Assembly (NCBI GenBank): GCA_043803745.1
Contig: JAZDJS010000010.1
Coordinates: 1 to 23,159 of the forward strand
DNA: 23,159 nucleotides
Origin: an archaeon
Lineage (GTDB): Archaea > SpSt-1190 > DYHY01
Reading direction: 5' to 3'
The position numbers were made by a program, and so were the translations under genes. Position 1 is the stretch's first letter; every line of letters begins with the position of its first letter. Of this stretch, positions 8,837-17,388 are shown piece by piece. A model generated the notes under the pieces. That model was not told the DNA's origin. It saw nothing but the letters and a program-made list of their open reading frames with translations, and searched no databases.

Positions 8837-9409
8837 ATGGCAGGTAAACAGATTGAATTCAGGGACGAAAGCACAGCGCTTCTCACATATTTCGGGGAAA
8901 CGCCCGGGGATGCAGCTGACTGGAATTCCGGACTGGAATGCGCAATATCTATCGCAAGGGAAAAATTCTTTGGCGAATCCAGGCCCGCGCGCGCGCAGGA
9001 GGCTGCTTTTATCGGGGGTCTGACGTTTCTTACATCATATGATGCCCTTTGTAACGCCCTTGAAGAAGCTGCCGCGCGACGCAAGGTCCCCGAGAACGCA
9101 TTTGTCGATGAGACACAGTATATGAAATTGGTCAACGGATATTTCACCGAAGCATTCCGGGGGATTCTCAGCGACGTCAACGTCCTCACAAGACAGGAAA
9201 TGGCACACCTCCCCGCGTCCGAAACAAGCCGGCGCGAAAAAGACATTCGGGCAGAGTTGCTGTCGTTGCCGGTCAAGGCGTTCCTTGCGGAAAGCATTGG
9301 TTCTATTTATCGAAGTTACGTTAACTGGCGCCTTGGGGAACAATCAACACAACAACTTGCTGCGCTGCGGGTTGAGGAAGATTCTTCCCGCGGATTTTGC
9401 GACTATTAA
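8837..9409 (+). CDS. Hypothetical protein, paralogue B
   Basis: TATA at 8807-8814; colinear similarity to 8168..8680. Confidence 0.8.
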   Translation: MAGKQIEFRDESTALLTYFGETPGDAADWNSGLECAISIAREKFFGESRPARAQEAAFIGGLTFLTSYDALCNALEEAAARRKVPENAFVDETQYMKLVNGYFTEAFRGILSDVNVLTRQEMAHLPASETSRREKDIRAELLSLPVKAFLAESIGSIYRSYVNWRLGEQSTQQLAALRVEEDSSRGFCDY

Positions 9410-10773
9410 TTTCTCCCAGCTTCAGCCAGAGCCTTCAGCGCCCTGACCGCCCTTTCCGGCGTGTCATAGACCGGCAGCCCGCTCGATTCCATCGCGACCT
9501 TGTGCAGGTGCGTGAATTCCGAGCCGATTGCAACAGCAACCAGCGGCTTGTCTGTTTTCCTGTCCTCGGCAGCCATTATCTTCACAATCTCCGTCGAGAG
9601 CTTCGGGAGCTGAAATAGGAAGATGACGAGAACCGCGTCGACGTTCTCATCTTCAATTGCGGCATCAATTGCGGCAAGATATCTTGCGGCATCGGCATCT
9701 CCGGTGATGTCAATCGGATTCTTCACAACGCAGTGGGACGGGAACTGTTCGCGCAGCCGCGCTCTCCTTTCCTCGGACATTTCCGCAAGCTTCAGGCCCG
9801 CCGCCTCAATTGCGTCCGTTGCCATTACCCCAAAGCCCCCGCCCGAAGTTATCACCTGGATGCGCGAGCCCCCGGGCTGCTGGAGGGAGAACGCCTTTGC
9901 GAAATCGAAAAGCTCCTCAAGTGTCTCAGCCTGGACAATCCCAGCCTGCCTGAACGCGCCCGAATAGACCCGCGAATCCCCGGCAAGGGAGCCGGTGTGG
10001 CTCATCACTGCCCGGGCGCCCCCGGAGCTGTTCCCGACCTTGAACGCGACAATCGGCTTTTTCCTCGAAACCCTGCGCGCAACCTCGATGAATTTCTTGC
10101 CGTCTTTCAAACCTTCGACGTAAAGCATGATTACCTTCGTATGCGGGTCGTTTTCAAGATATTCGAGCATGCTGATTTCGTCAATGTCAAGCTTGTTCCC
10201 GTAGGAAACTATCTTCGATATCCCGATGTTCTCCGAAGCAGCCCAGTCAAGGCCGCCTCCCGCAACAGCCCCGCTCTGGGAGAGGAATGCGACGTTCCCC
10301 GCCTTTGGCGCCTTTATCCGGTATGCAGGGAGGAAGAACGCGTTCAGTCCAGAATGGGGATCGTAGATTCCGAGGCAGTTCGGGCCGACAATCCGAATCC
10401 CGCTTCCGGCCGATATTTTCCGTATTTCTTCCTCGAGCTCAGGCTTGCCAATCTCGGAAAAGCCCCCGGAAATTACAACCGCCCGCTTAACGCCCTTTTC
10501 CGCGCAGTCTTTCAGTACCGCAGGAACGACGGAGGCGGGGGTTGCGATTATCGCAAGGTCGACCTTGCCCGGTATGCTGGAAACCTTCGCAAAGCAGGGA
10601 CTGCCTTCTATCTCCGAAGCCTTCGGATTTACCGCATGGACAGCCCCCCGGAATCCGGAACTAAGAAGGTTCTTGAAAATTATCCTTCCGGGGCCCTCCT
10701 CGTCAGTTGAGGAAACGCCGACAACGGCAACGCATTCGGGATTGAAGAACCCTTCGAGCTCGCTAGCGGACAT
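9406..10773 (-). CDS. acdA: ADP-forming acetate/acyl-CoA ligase alpha subunit
   Basis: FFNP..VAVVGVS, AVNPK, ISGGFSE, RIVGPNCLG, SQSGA, SYGN, SHTGSLAG (phospho-His), NPIDITGDA. ATG 10773 chosen from the family N-terminus and TATA spacing. Confidence 0.9.
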   Translation of the reverse strand: MSASELEGFFNPECVAVVGVSSTDEEGPGRIIFKNLLSSGFRGAVHAVNPKASEIEGSPCFAKVSSIPGKVDLAIIATPASVVPAVLKDCAEKGVKRAVVISGGFSEIGKPELEEEIRKISAGSGIRIVGPNCLGIYDPHSGLNAFFLPAYRIKAPKAGNVAFLSQSGAVAGGGLDWAASENIGISKIVSYGNKLDIDEISMLEYLENDPHTKVIMLYVEGLKDGKKFIEVARRVSRKKPIVAFKVGNSSGGARAVMSHTGSLAGDSRVYSGAFRQAGIVQAETLEELFDFAKAFSLQQPGGSRIQVITSGGGFGVMATDAIEAAGLKLAEMSEERRARLREQFPSHCVVKNPIDITGDADAARYLAAIDAAIEDENVDAVLVIFLFQLPKLSTEIVKIMAAEDRKTDKPLVAVAIGSEFTHLHKVAMESSGLPVYDTPERAVRALKALAEAGRN

Positions 10774-10796
10774 CCGCGAAAATAAACACTGCCAAG

Positions 10797-10807
10797 TTTT
10801 ATATAAT
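10797..10807. promoter_or_regulatory. Shared (bidirectional) TATA element for acdA and tRNA-Trp
   Basis: TTTTATATAAT, 23 nt from the acdA ATG and ~35 nt from the tRNA 5' end. Confidence 0.6.
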
Positions 10808-10842
10808 GCGGTTTCCACTGCTTTGCAGAGCAGCGGACGAAC

Positions 10843-11063
10843 GGGGTCGTCGTATAACTAGGCATTACGGCAGGCTCCAGCGAAAATCTGGAGCGCGGAC
10901 CTTGGCGGGCGCAGGCTGCCTGCCTCGGGATGACTGAATAGATAGAAGCCTCCTGCCCAAAAAAGGGCAGACTGGCCTACTGGAAAATCCAGCGGGTTTG
11001 AAGAAATGCCGGCTTGGTTTTCGGAGAAACCTGCTTATTAGGGTTCAAATCCCTACGACCCCA
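10843..11063 (+). tRNA. tRNA-Trp(CCA) with 148-nt intron at 37/38 (intron 10881-11028)
   Basis: Acceptor GGGGTCG/CGACCCC+A, anticodon stem GCAGG/CCTGC, anticodon CCA at 10877-10879, T arm TAGGG-TTCAAAT-CCCTA. Perfect BHB: CTCC/GGAG helix, AGC and AAA bulges, GAAAA/TTTTC flank. Confidence 0.95.
10881..11028 (+). ncRNA. Intron-encoded box C/D-like guide RNA predicted to direct Cm34 of tRNA-Trp
   Basis: TCTGGAGC (10887-10894) is complementary to the anticodon loop and is followed by D-like CGGA (10896-10899); the N+5 rule points to C34. C-like GGGATGA (10927-10933) and TTGAAGA (10998-11004). Confidence 0.7.
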
Positions 11064-11076
11064 CCCACTTCCGCAG

Positions 11077-11121
11077 TTAGGGTCTCGGACTTCGTTTCAT
11101 TCAGAGCCTACGACCCCACCC
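11077..11121 (+). repeat. Degenerate duplicate of the tRNA-Trp 3' end (att-like)
   Basis: CCTACGACCCCACCC at 11052-11066 recurs at 11107-11121; TTAGGGT at 11038-11044 recurs at 11077-11083. Confidence 0.85.
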
Positions 11122-11217
11122 GCCCGGAGAAACTCATCCGCGGGGCTCCTGGATCTCGCGCGCACAATCGCGCTGTTCGTCCCGCGCTTCACACCCCTTC
11201 TTCGTACGCCCCTTAGT

Positions 11218-13770
11218 TCAGGAGCTCCGCGCATTCCTGGAATGCGCCAGAGATTTCACAAGCTCAAACCACAGGATGCTTGCGAAGGCAGCGAAAGCGG
11301 CGATTGCAACGTCGGCCGGATGCAGAACGCCGAATTTGAAAACGTCCCTCAGCTGCGGAACCAGAAGCGCCGCCGAAAGGAAGGAAAGCGCGCCCAGGAA
11401 AACGACCCACAACGCGTTGTTTTTCCTGGCGATCGAGCGGAAAATTGTCATTGACCAGGACCGGTTGCTTGCAATAAGGAGAAGGTTCGCGAATATTAGC
11501 GTAGTGAAGCTGATTGCCCGGGCCTCCTCAGCATTCCCGCTTGATTTGAGCGTGATATAGAACGAGGCGAGTACAACCCCGAGCACAACGACCCCTTGCA
11601 GGACGCTGTAAGCAACAGTTCTCCTGTTGAATATTTTTTCCTTCGGGTCCCTCGGAGGTTTCGACATTATGTCGCTTTCTTCCTCTTCGGACTCGAAAAC
11701 AACCGAACACGCCGGGTCTATTATCAGTTCAAGGAAAAGTATGTGGACGGGGAAGAGAATCATGGGGAAATTCATGAGAACCGAGAAAAGAGTCGCCCCG
11801 GCAATGGGTATGTGAACCGCGAGGACGTATGCCATCGCCTTCCTTATGTTGTCGAAAACCCGCCGCCCCATTCTTATGCCGTTGACAATTGACGTGAAAT
11901 TGTCGTCAAGGAGGACGAGGCCGGAAGCCTCCCGCGCGACATCGGTTCCCTTTTCGCCCATTGCAATCCCTATATTCGCCTTCTTCAGGGCGGGAGCGTC
12001 GTTCACCCCATCCCCGGTCATTGCAACAAGCTCCCCCTTGTTCTGAAGGGCCCGAATTATCCTGAGTTTCTGTTCCGGGACCGTTCTTGCGAAAATGTTC
12101 ACCAGGGAAATCCGTTCAGCAAGCTCGGATTCGCTCATTTCAGCAAGCTCGGGTCCGGTGATAACCTTCTCGGGATTTTCCAGGCCAATCTGCCTTGCAA
12201 CGTTCCTGGCTGTCCCCGGATAGTCCCCCGTGATCATTATCACTCGGATTCCTGCGCCATAGCATTCCTTGACCGATTCGGGAACGGTGGGCCTTACCGG
12301 GTCGGCGAAACATATCAGGCCCACAAACTCGAAGGCGAAGTCATGCTGGCTTTCGGGGAGGCTTTCACCCGCCCGGCCCTTTGCAACTCCGATCACCCGC
12401 AAGCCCTCTTCCGAAAGCTCCGAAACCTTGCGCAGAATCGCCTCCTTGCCCGGCAGATGGCACAAATCAAGAATTGCCTCGGGCGAGCCTTTCGCCGCAA
12501 CCACATGCTCCATCCTGTCGGGCGACACCCAGACAAGCGAAATGGCAAGAAGCGAGTTCGAAAGCGGATATTCCTTCAGAAGCGTCCAGTTGCTATGCAT
12601 CTCCTGGGTTCTCCGGAGGGCCTGCATCCCGAGCTTTTTGAGCGCCTTTTCCATCGGGTCGAAGGGTTCCTTCTGGCTTGCGAGGATTCCGCATTCGACA
12701 ACCTCGCGCGTTTCATCCGGCAGGCCCTCGCTCTGGGAAATTTCGAAAACCTTTCCGTTGGCGTAGATCTTCCTTATCGACATCTTGTTCTCGGTCAAAG
12801 TTCCCGTCTTGTCAGTGCAAAGGACCGTTGCCGAACCAAGCTCCTGGATTGCCTTCTGCCTTCTCGCAAGAACGTTCTTCTTCGACATCCTCCAGGCTCC
12901 GAGCGCAAGGAAAATGGTGAGAACAACCGGAAACTCCTCCGGCAGTATGGACATTGCAAGGGTTATCCCGGCAAGGAAAGCATCAAGCCACTCGCCCTTT
13001 GTGAGGCCGTAGGCAACGACGACAATGGCGCAGAGGATTGCGGCAGTCACTGCGAAAACGCGCACAATTGAGCCGGTTTCCCGCTCAAGGCCGGTCTTCT
13101 CCTCAGTTATCTCCCCAAGAGATTTGCCGATTTTTCCGAGCTCCGTCCTGAGTCCGACACGCTCGACTTTCGCGAGCCCCTGCCCGGTCACGACCAGCGT
13201 CCCCGAATAGACGAAGGGGAGGCTTTCCCCTCCCGGGGCGCCAATCTTTTCCATCCCCGTCCCCGGCATCTTCCGGACGGCAAGGGATTCCCCGGTAAGA
13301 AGGCTTTCATCGACAGTGAGATTTGAGCAGTCAATTACAACGGCGTCGGCCGGAACCTTGTCGCCTTCCGCAAGGACGATTATGTCTTCCTCAACAACCT
13401 CCCGTCCGGCAATCCGCTTAGGCGACCCGCCCCGTATCACCAGGGCGCGAGGGCTTGCAAGGTTCCGCAATGCCTGCAGGGCATTTTCAGTTTTGTTCTC
13501 CTGGTAGATAGTTATCCCAATCACAATGAAGACGAAGCCGAGAAGCATAAGGGCCTCCTCAAAGCTCCCAAGGAAAAGGTAAACCGTTCCGCAGGAAAGA
13601 AGAAGGAGGAACATAGGCTCCTGCGCAATCCCGACCAGCAGCATAAGAACGGTTTTCCGCTTCTCCTGTGGGAGCTCGTTGTAACCGTCGCGCGCGAGCC
13701 TCTGAGCCACCTGCTCCTCGGAAAGCCCCGTTATTTTCAGCTTTCCGACCGTTTCTGAAACGCTTTGCAT
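11218..13770 (-). CDS. Cation-translocating P-type ATPase (P2-like, PEEFP subtype)
   Basis: LTGES, ILPEEFP, CTDKTGTLT, KGSPE, MITGD, MTGDGVNDAPALK. Confidence 0.95.
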   Translation of the reverse strand: MQSVSETVGKLKITGLSEEQVAQRLARDGYNELPQEKRKTVLMLLVGIAQEPMFLLLLSCGTVYLFLGSFEEALMLLGFVFIVIGITIYQENKTENALQALRNLASPRALVIRGGSPKRIAGREVVEEDIIVLAEGDKVPADAVVIDCSNLTVDESLLTGESLAVRKMPGTGMEKIGAPGGESLPFVYSGTLVVTGQGLAKVERVGLRTELGKIGKSLGEITEEKTGLERETGSIVRVFAVTAAILCAIVVVAYGLTKGEWLDAFLAGITLAMSILPEEFPVVLTIFLALGAWRMSKKNVLARRQKAIQELGSATVLCTDKTGTLTENKMSIRKIYANGKVFEISQSEGLPDETREVVECGILASQKEPFDPMEKALKKLGMQALRRTQEMHSNWTLLKEYPLSNSLLAISLVWVSPDRMEHVVAAKGSPEAILDLCHLPGKEAILRKVSELSEEGLRVIGVAKGRAGESLPESQHDFAFEFVGLICFADPVRPTVPESVKECYGAGIRVIMITGDYPGTARNVARQIGLENPEKVITGPELAEMSESELAERISLVNIFARTVPEQKLRIIRALQNKGELVAMTGDGVNDAPALKKANIGIAMGEKGTDVAREASGLVLLDDNFTSIVNGIRMGRRVFDNIRKAMAYVLAVHIPIAGATLFSVLMNFPMILFPVHILFLELIIDPACSVVFESEEEESDIMSKPPRDPKEKIFNRRTVAYSVLQGVVVLGVVLASFYITLKSSGNAEEARAISFTTLIFANLLLIASNRSWSMTIFRSIARKNNALWVVFLGALSFLSAALLVPQLRDVFKFGVLHPADVAIAAFAAFASILWFELVKSLAHSRNARSS

Positions 13771-13873
13771 TGGTTTTTTGCGAGAAGACGCTTCAGGGAG
13801 GGAGATTTAAGGCTATCTGAACACAAACCAACCAGCAATTCTTAAAACCTGTCACGTTCAAAAATTTCCCAAG

Positions 13874-16582
13874 ATGCCCGTTTCAAGCACATTATACAAG
13901 CACCACCAGCAGCATCATCATCATGCGAAGGAGATTTCAGAGGCCCTTTCCGAACTCGGAACATCAAAGGAAGGCCTTTCTTCGGCAGAAGCGGAGAGGA
14001 GGCTTGCTGCGGAGGGAAGGAACATCATTTCCGAGGGCAAAAAGACGCATGCGCTGGTCGTTTTCATTTCCCAGTTCAAAAGCCTCCCGATAATCCTCCT
14101 GATGCTCGCTTCCCTCTTTTCCTTCATGGTCAGCGAGACGAACCTTTCGATAAAGCCGCACTTTTCCCCGGAGGGGCTTGCAATCGCCCTAATAATATTG
14201 ATAAACGCGCTGATAGGGTTCTTCCAAGAGGTCAATGCCGAGAAGGCAATCGCCGCTCTGAGAAAGCTCTCTGCGCTGAAGGTCAAGGTCCTCCGCGACG
14301 GACTACGGCAGCTTTCCGATGCAGTCCACATTGTTCCCGGGGACATCATTTTCCTCGAAACCGGGGACAAGATCCCCGCCGACGCGCGAATACTCGAACA
14401 CCACGCATTCTCGGTAATGGAAGCGACCCTTACGGGCGAGTCAGTCCCGTCAAGGAAGCATGCCGACGCGCTACACCATGACACGCCCCTCGCGGAAAGG
14501 AAAAACATGGTTTATTCGGGGACAATCGTCACCTCCGGCAGGGCAATTGCGGCAGTTGCCGCAACCGGGAACAAGACCGAGATAGGCAAAATCGCAAAGG
14601 CGATAGAGGAGATGCGCTTCGAGGACACGCCCCTCCAGAAAAGCGTAGAGAGGATGGCGAAATACCTTTCATATGCGGTCATAGCGTTCTCAATAGCGGT
14701 CTTCATACTCCTTGTGGGAATCCTTGGCAAGCCCCCGCTTGAGATACTGCTTCTCTCGGTCGCGATGATTGTTGCCGCCCTTCCAGAAGGGCTCCCGATT
14801 GTCATGACAATAACTTCCGCGGTCGGGGTCAGGAAAATGGTCCACCGGCACGTTTTGGTACGGAAGCTTGCGTCAATTGAAACCCTCGGGAGCGTTTCCG
14901 TAATCTGCACCGACAAGACGGGGACCCTTACGAAGAACCAGATGACGGTATCAAAACTTTTCTACGACGGCTCCGTTGTCGAAGTTTCCGGCGAGGGGTA
15001 TTCCCCCCACGGGAACATCCTCGGGGAGCGAACACGCGCCCTTGAAATGCTCCTCCAGATAGGCGCGCTCTGCAACAACGCAAGCATGTTCCACGAAAAG
15101 GTTTCCGGCGACCCAACCGAAATAGCCCTGATTGCCTCCGCGGCAAAGGGCGGGATAAACACGGAGGAACTTGAGCGGGTTTTCAGGCGGATTGACGAGT
15201 TCGAATTCACCAGCGAGAGGAAGATAATGAGCACCGTGAACATTCTTGGCGCGAATCCGATGCTTCTTGTGAAAGGAGCGCCCGATGAGATACTGAAAAG
15301 GTCGACCAGGATGCTTTACGGGGGAAATGAGATTCCACTCCACGAGCAGCACAGGCGCGAAATCCTCGAGGCGAACGACATATTCTCGCGCGAAGCCCTA
15401 CGAGTCCTTGGGTTCGCATACAGGCCCCTCTATCAAGGCGAGGAGCCGAAGGAGGATTCCCTTGTGTTCGTCGGCCTTCAGGCAATGCTGGACCCCCCAA
15501 GGGAGGAAGTCAGGACCGCAGTCGAGCGCTGCAGGAAAGCGGGCATCCGGGTCATCATGATTACCGGCGATCATGCGGGAACAGCCGTGGCAGTCGCGAG
15601 ATCCCTCGGGCTTGAGCCTAAGGTAATCACGGGAACCGAGCTCGATGCCCTCTCCGACATTGACCGGGTTGTCGAGGATGTCGTCATTTACGCAAGGACT
15701 TCCCCGGAACACAAGCTCAAGATAGTCAACGCGCTCCAGGCGAAGGGATGCGTTGTCGCAATGACCGGGGACGGGGTGAACGACGCTCCCGCACTCAAAA
15801 AGGCGAATATCGGGATTGCAATGGGGATTTCCGGAACGGACGTTGCGAAGGAGGCTTCCGCAATGGTCCTCATCGATGACAATTTTTCAAGCATTGTTTC
15901 GGCGGTAGAGGAGGGGAGGGGAATATACGAGAACATAAGGAAGTTCATAAGATACCAGATATCGACGAACGTGGGAGCAATTGTCCTGATTCTTTCAAGC
16001 ATAGTGATATCATTGCCCCTTCCCCTGGTCCCCGTCCAGCTCCTATGGATAAATATCTCAATTGACGGTCCCCCGGCGCTTTCCCTCGGGCTTGAGCCGA
16101 CAAGGGCAAGCGAGCTAATGTCAAAAAAGCCGCGCAACTCAAAAGAGTCATTGATTTCCCGCCAGATGCTCCTGGACATATTCCTTTCAGGGGCAATAAT
16201 GGCGGCAGGCACACTTGCAGTTTTCGCCGCCGCCCTTTCCCAAGGAGCAAGCCTTCCGAAAGCTCAGACAATAGCGTTCACGACCTTCGCGCTTTTCCAA
16301 ATATTCAACGTCCTCAACTGCAGGTCTTTCGAGGAGTCGATTTTCAAGATAGGACCCCTGTCAAACAAGGTAACCCTCTATTCAATAGCCGCGCTAATGG
16401 TTTCGCACCTTTTCATCGTATATGCGCCTTTCCTGCAGGGGATATTCAGGACGGTTGCACTCTCCCCCATGGACTGGCTTGTTTCCTTCGCTGTAGCAGT
16501 TTCGATACTTGCGATATACGAGGTTATCAAGGCGTTTCCGTTGAAAATCCGGGGACACGCGCCGAAATACGCCGCCCCCTGA
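13874..16582 (+). CDS. P2A-type Ca2+(/Mn2+)-transporting ATPase with His-rich N-terminus
   Basis: LTGES, ALPEGLP, CTDKTGTLT, GDPTE, FTSERK, KGAPD, DPPR, TGDGVNDAPALK, QLLWIN...DGPPA. Confidence 0.95.
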   Translation: MPVSSTLYKHHQQHHHHAKEISEALSELGTSKEGLSSAEAERRLAAEGRNIISEGKKTHALVVFISQFKSLPIILLMLASLFSFMVSETNLSIKPHFSPEGLAIALIILINALIGFFQEVNAEKAIAALRKLSALKVKVLRDGLRQLSDAVHIVPGDIIFLETGDKIPADARILEHHAFSVMEATLTGESVPSRKHADALHHDTPLAERKNMVYSGTIVTSGRAIAAVAATGNKTEIGKIAKAIEEMRFEDTPLQKSVERMAKYLSYAVIAFSIAVFILLVGILGKPPLEILLLSVAMIVAALPEGLPIVMTITSAVGVRKMVHRHVLVRKLASIETLGSVSVICTDKTGTLTKNQMTVSKLFYDGSVVEVSGEGYSPHGNILGERTRALEMLLQIGALCNNASMFHEKVSGDPTEIALIASAAKGGINTEELERVFRRIDEFEFTSERKIMSTVNILGANPMLLVKGAPDEILKRSTRMLYGGNEIPLHEQHRREILEANDIFSREALRVLGFAYRPLYQGEEPKEDSLVFVGLQAMLDPPREEVRTAVERCRKAGIRVIMITGDHAGTAVAVARSLGLEPKVITGTELDALSDIDRVVEDVVIYARTSPEHKLKIVNALQAKGCVVAMTGDGVNDAPALKKANIGIAMGISGTDVAKEASAMVLIDDNFSSIVSAVEEGRGIYENIRKFIRYQISTNVGAIVLILSSIVISLPLPLVPVQLLWINISIDGPPALSLGLEPTRASELMSKKPRNSKESLISRQMLLDIFLSGAIMAAGTLAVFAAALSQGASLPKAQTIAFTTFALFQIFNVLNCRSFEESIFKIGPLSNKVTLYSIAALMVSHLFIVYAPFLQGIFRTVALSPMDWLVSFAVAVSILAIYEVIKAFPLKIRGHAPKYAAP

Positions 16583-16620
16583 AAAAACCTTTTTAAAGTG
16601 ACACTGTCCGAAAGGCCAAG

Positions 16621-17328
16621 GTGCTTGAAGAACTAATGGGAATTTTCACACAAAACGAGAACAAGCAGAACAGAGAACGCGCCGGCTTCCAGCCTGCAAC
16701 AATACCCTTTTCGTCGGCCGGAGCCCAGCCTCCGCAATGGGTTCCTCCACGGGGCGCGCCGCTTCCCCAGAACTATGTTCCGCCAGTTCCGCAGGATGCG
16801 GTCAGGCCTCAATTCCAGCAACAACAGCCGCAACTTCAGCCAATAGTCACGAGCCAGCCCATAGTTGTCCAGCTCCATGCCGCAGCACCCCCGCAACAAC
16901 AACAGCAATTTCAATCCCAGATGGTCGGGCAGGTTATCGAGGCAACCGAGACCCAGCCGACGATTGTCGCAACGGACCCCAACGCGCCCGTTTTCATAAA
17001 AATCGACAAATACGAGGAAATCCTCACCGAGCTCTCCGACATGAAGGGGACAATCCAGAACGTCAAGAACCTTGCGGAAGTTTTCGGACTTGTGCGCGAG
17101 GTCCAGCTCGATTCAATCGGGATCCTTGACGGCCTAATGAAGGAGCTGGAAAGATCGCAAGTGAAGCTTGACAAGGTCCTCGGACGCCTTGAGGATGTCG
17201 AGGAACGCATCAAGGGCTCCAAATACGAGAACGTGCGGAAGCCGACCCCTAATGAAATGGGCGACATTGAGGAGAGAATCCGGAGAATCCGGGAAGAGAT
17301 AGGGAAGCTCGGCGCGAACAGGTCGTAA
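16621..17328 (+). CDS. Hypothetical protein with Gln/Pro-rich N-half and coiled-coil C-half
   Basis: TATA at 16590-16597, 23 nt before GTG; low-complexity Q/P region followed by PVFIKIDKYEEIL and heptad-like helices. Confidence 0.8.
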   Translation: MLEELMGIFTQNENKQNRERAGFQPATIPFSSAGAQPPQWVPPRGAPLPQNYVPPVPQDAVRPQFQQQQPQLQPIVTSQPIVVQLHAAAPPQQQQQFQSQMVGQVIEATETQPTIVATDPNAPVFIKIDKYEEILTELSDMKGTIQNVKNLAEVFGLVREVQLDSIGILDGLMKELERSQVKLDKVLGRLEDVEERIKGSKYENVRKPTPNEMGDIEERIRRIREEIGKLGANRS

Positions 17329-17388
17329 CGGGCAGGAATAAGAAGAACCAAACCGAAGTGTTTTTTGTCTCTTCACTTCCTCCAGCGC

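Noticed and set aside
9733-10710. 325-aa ORF antisense to acdA
   Set aside because: Same shadow effect; Arg-rich, no domain pattern.
10881-11028. tRNA-Trp intron as a group I intron or homing-endonuclease carrier
   Set aside because: Too short, no ORF, no clear catalytic core; a perfect BHB explains splicing.
10998-11454. ORFs 10998..11216 and 11014..11454
   Set aside because: They run through the tRNA-Trp 3' exon and/or antisense to the ATPase; composition is not protein-like.
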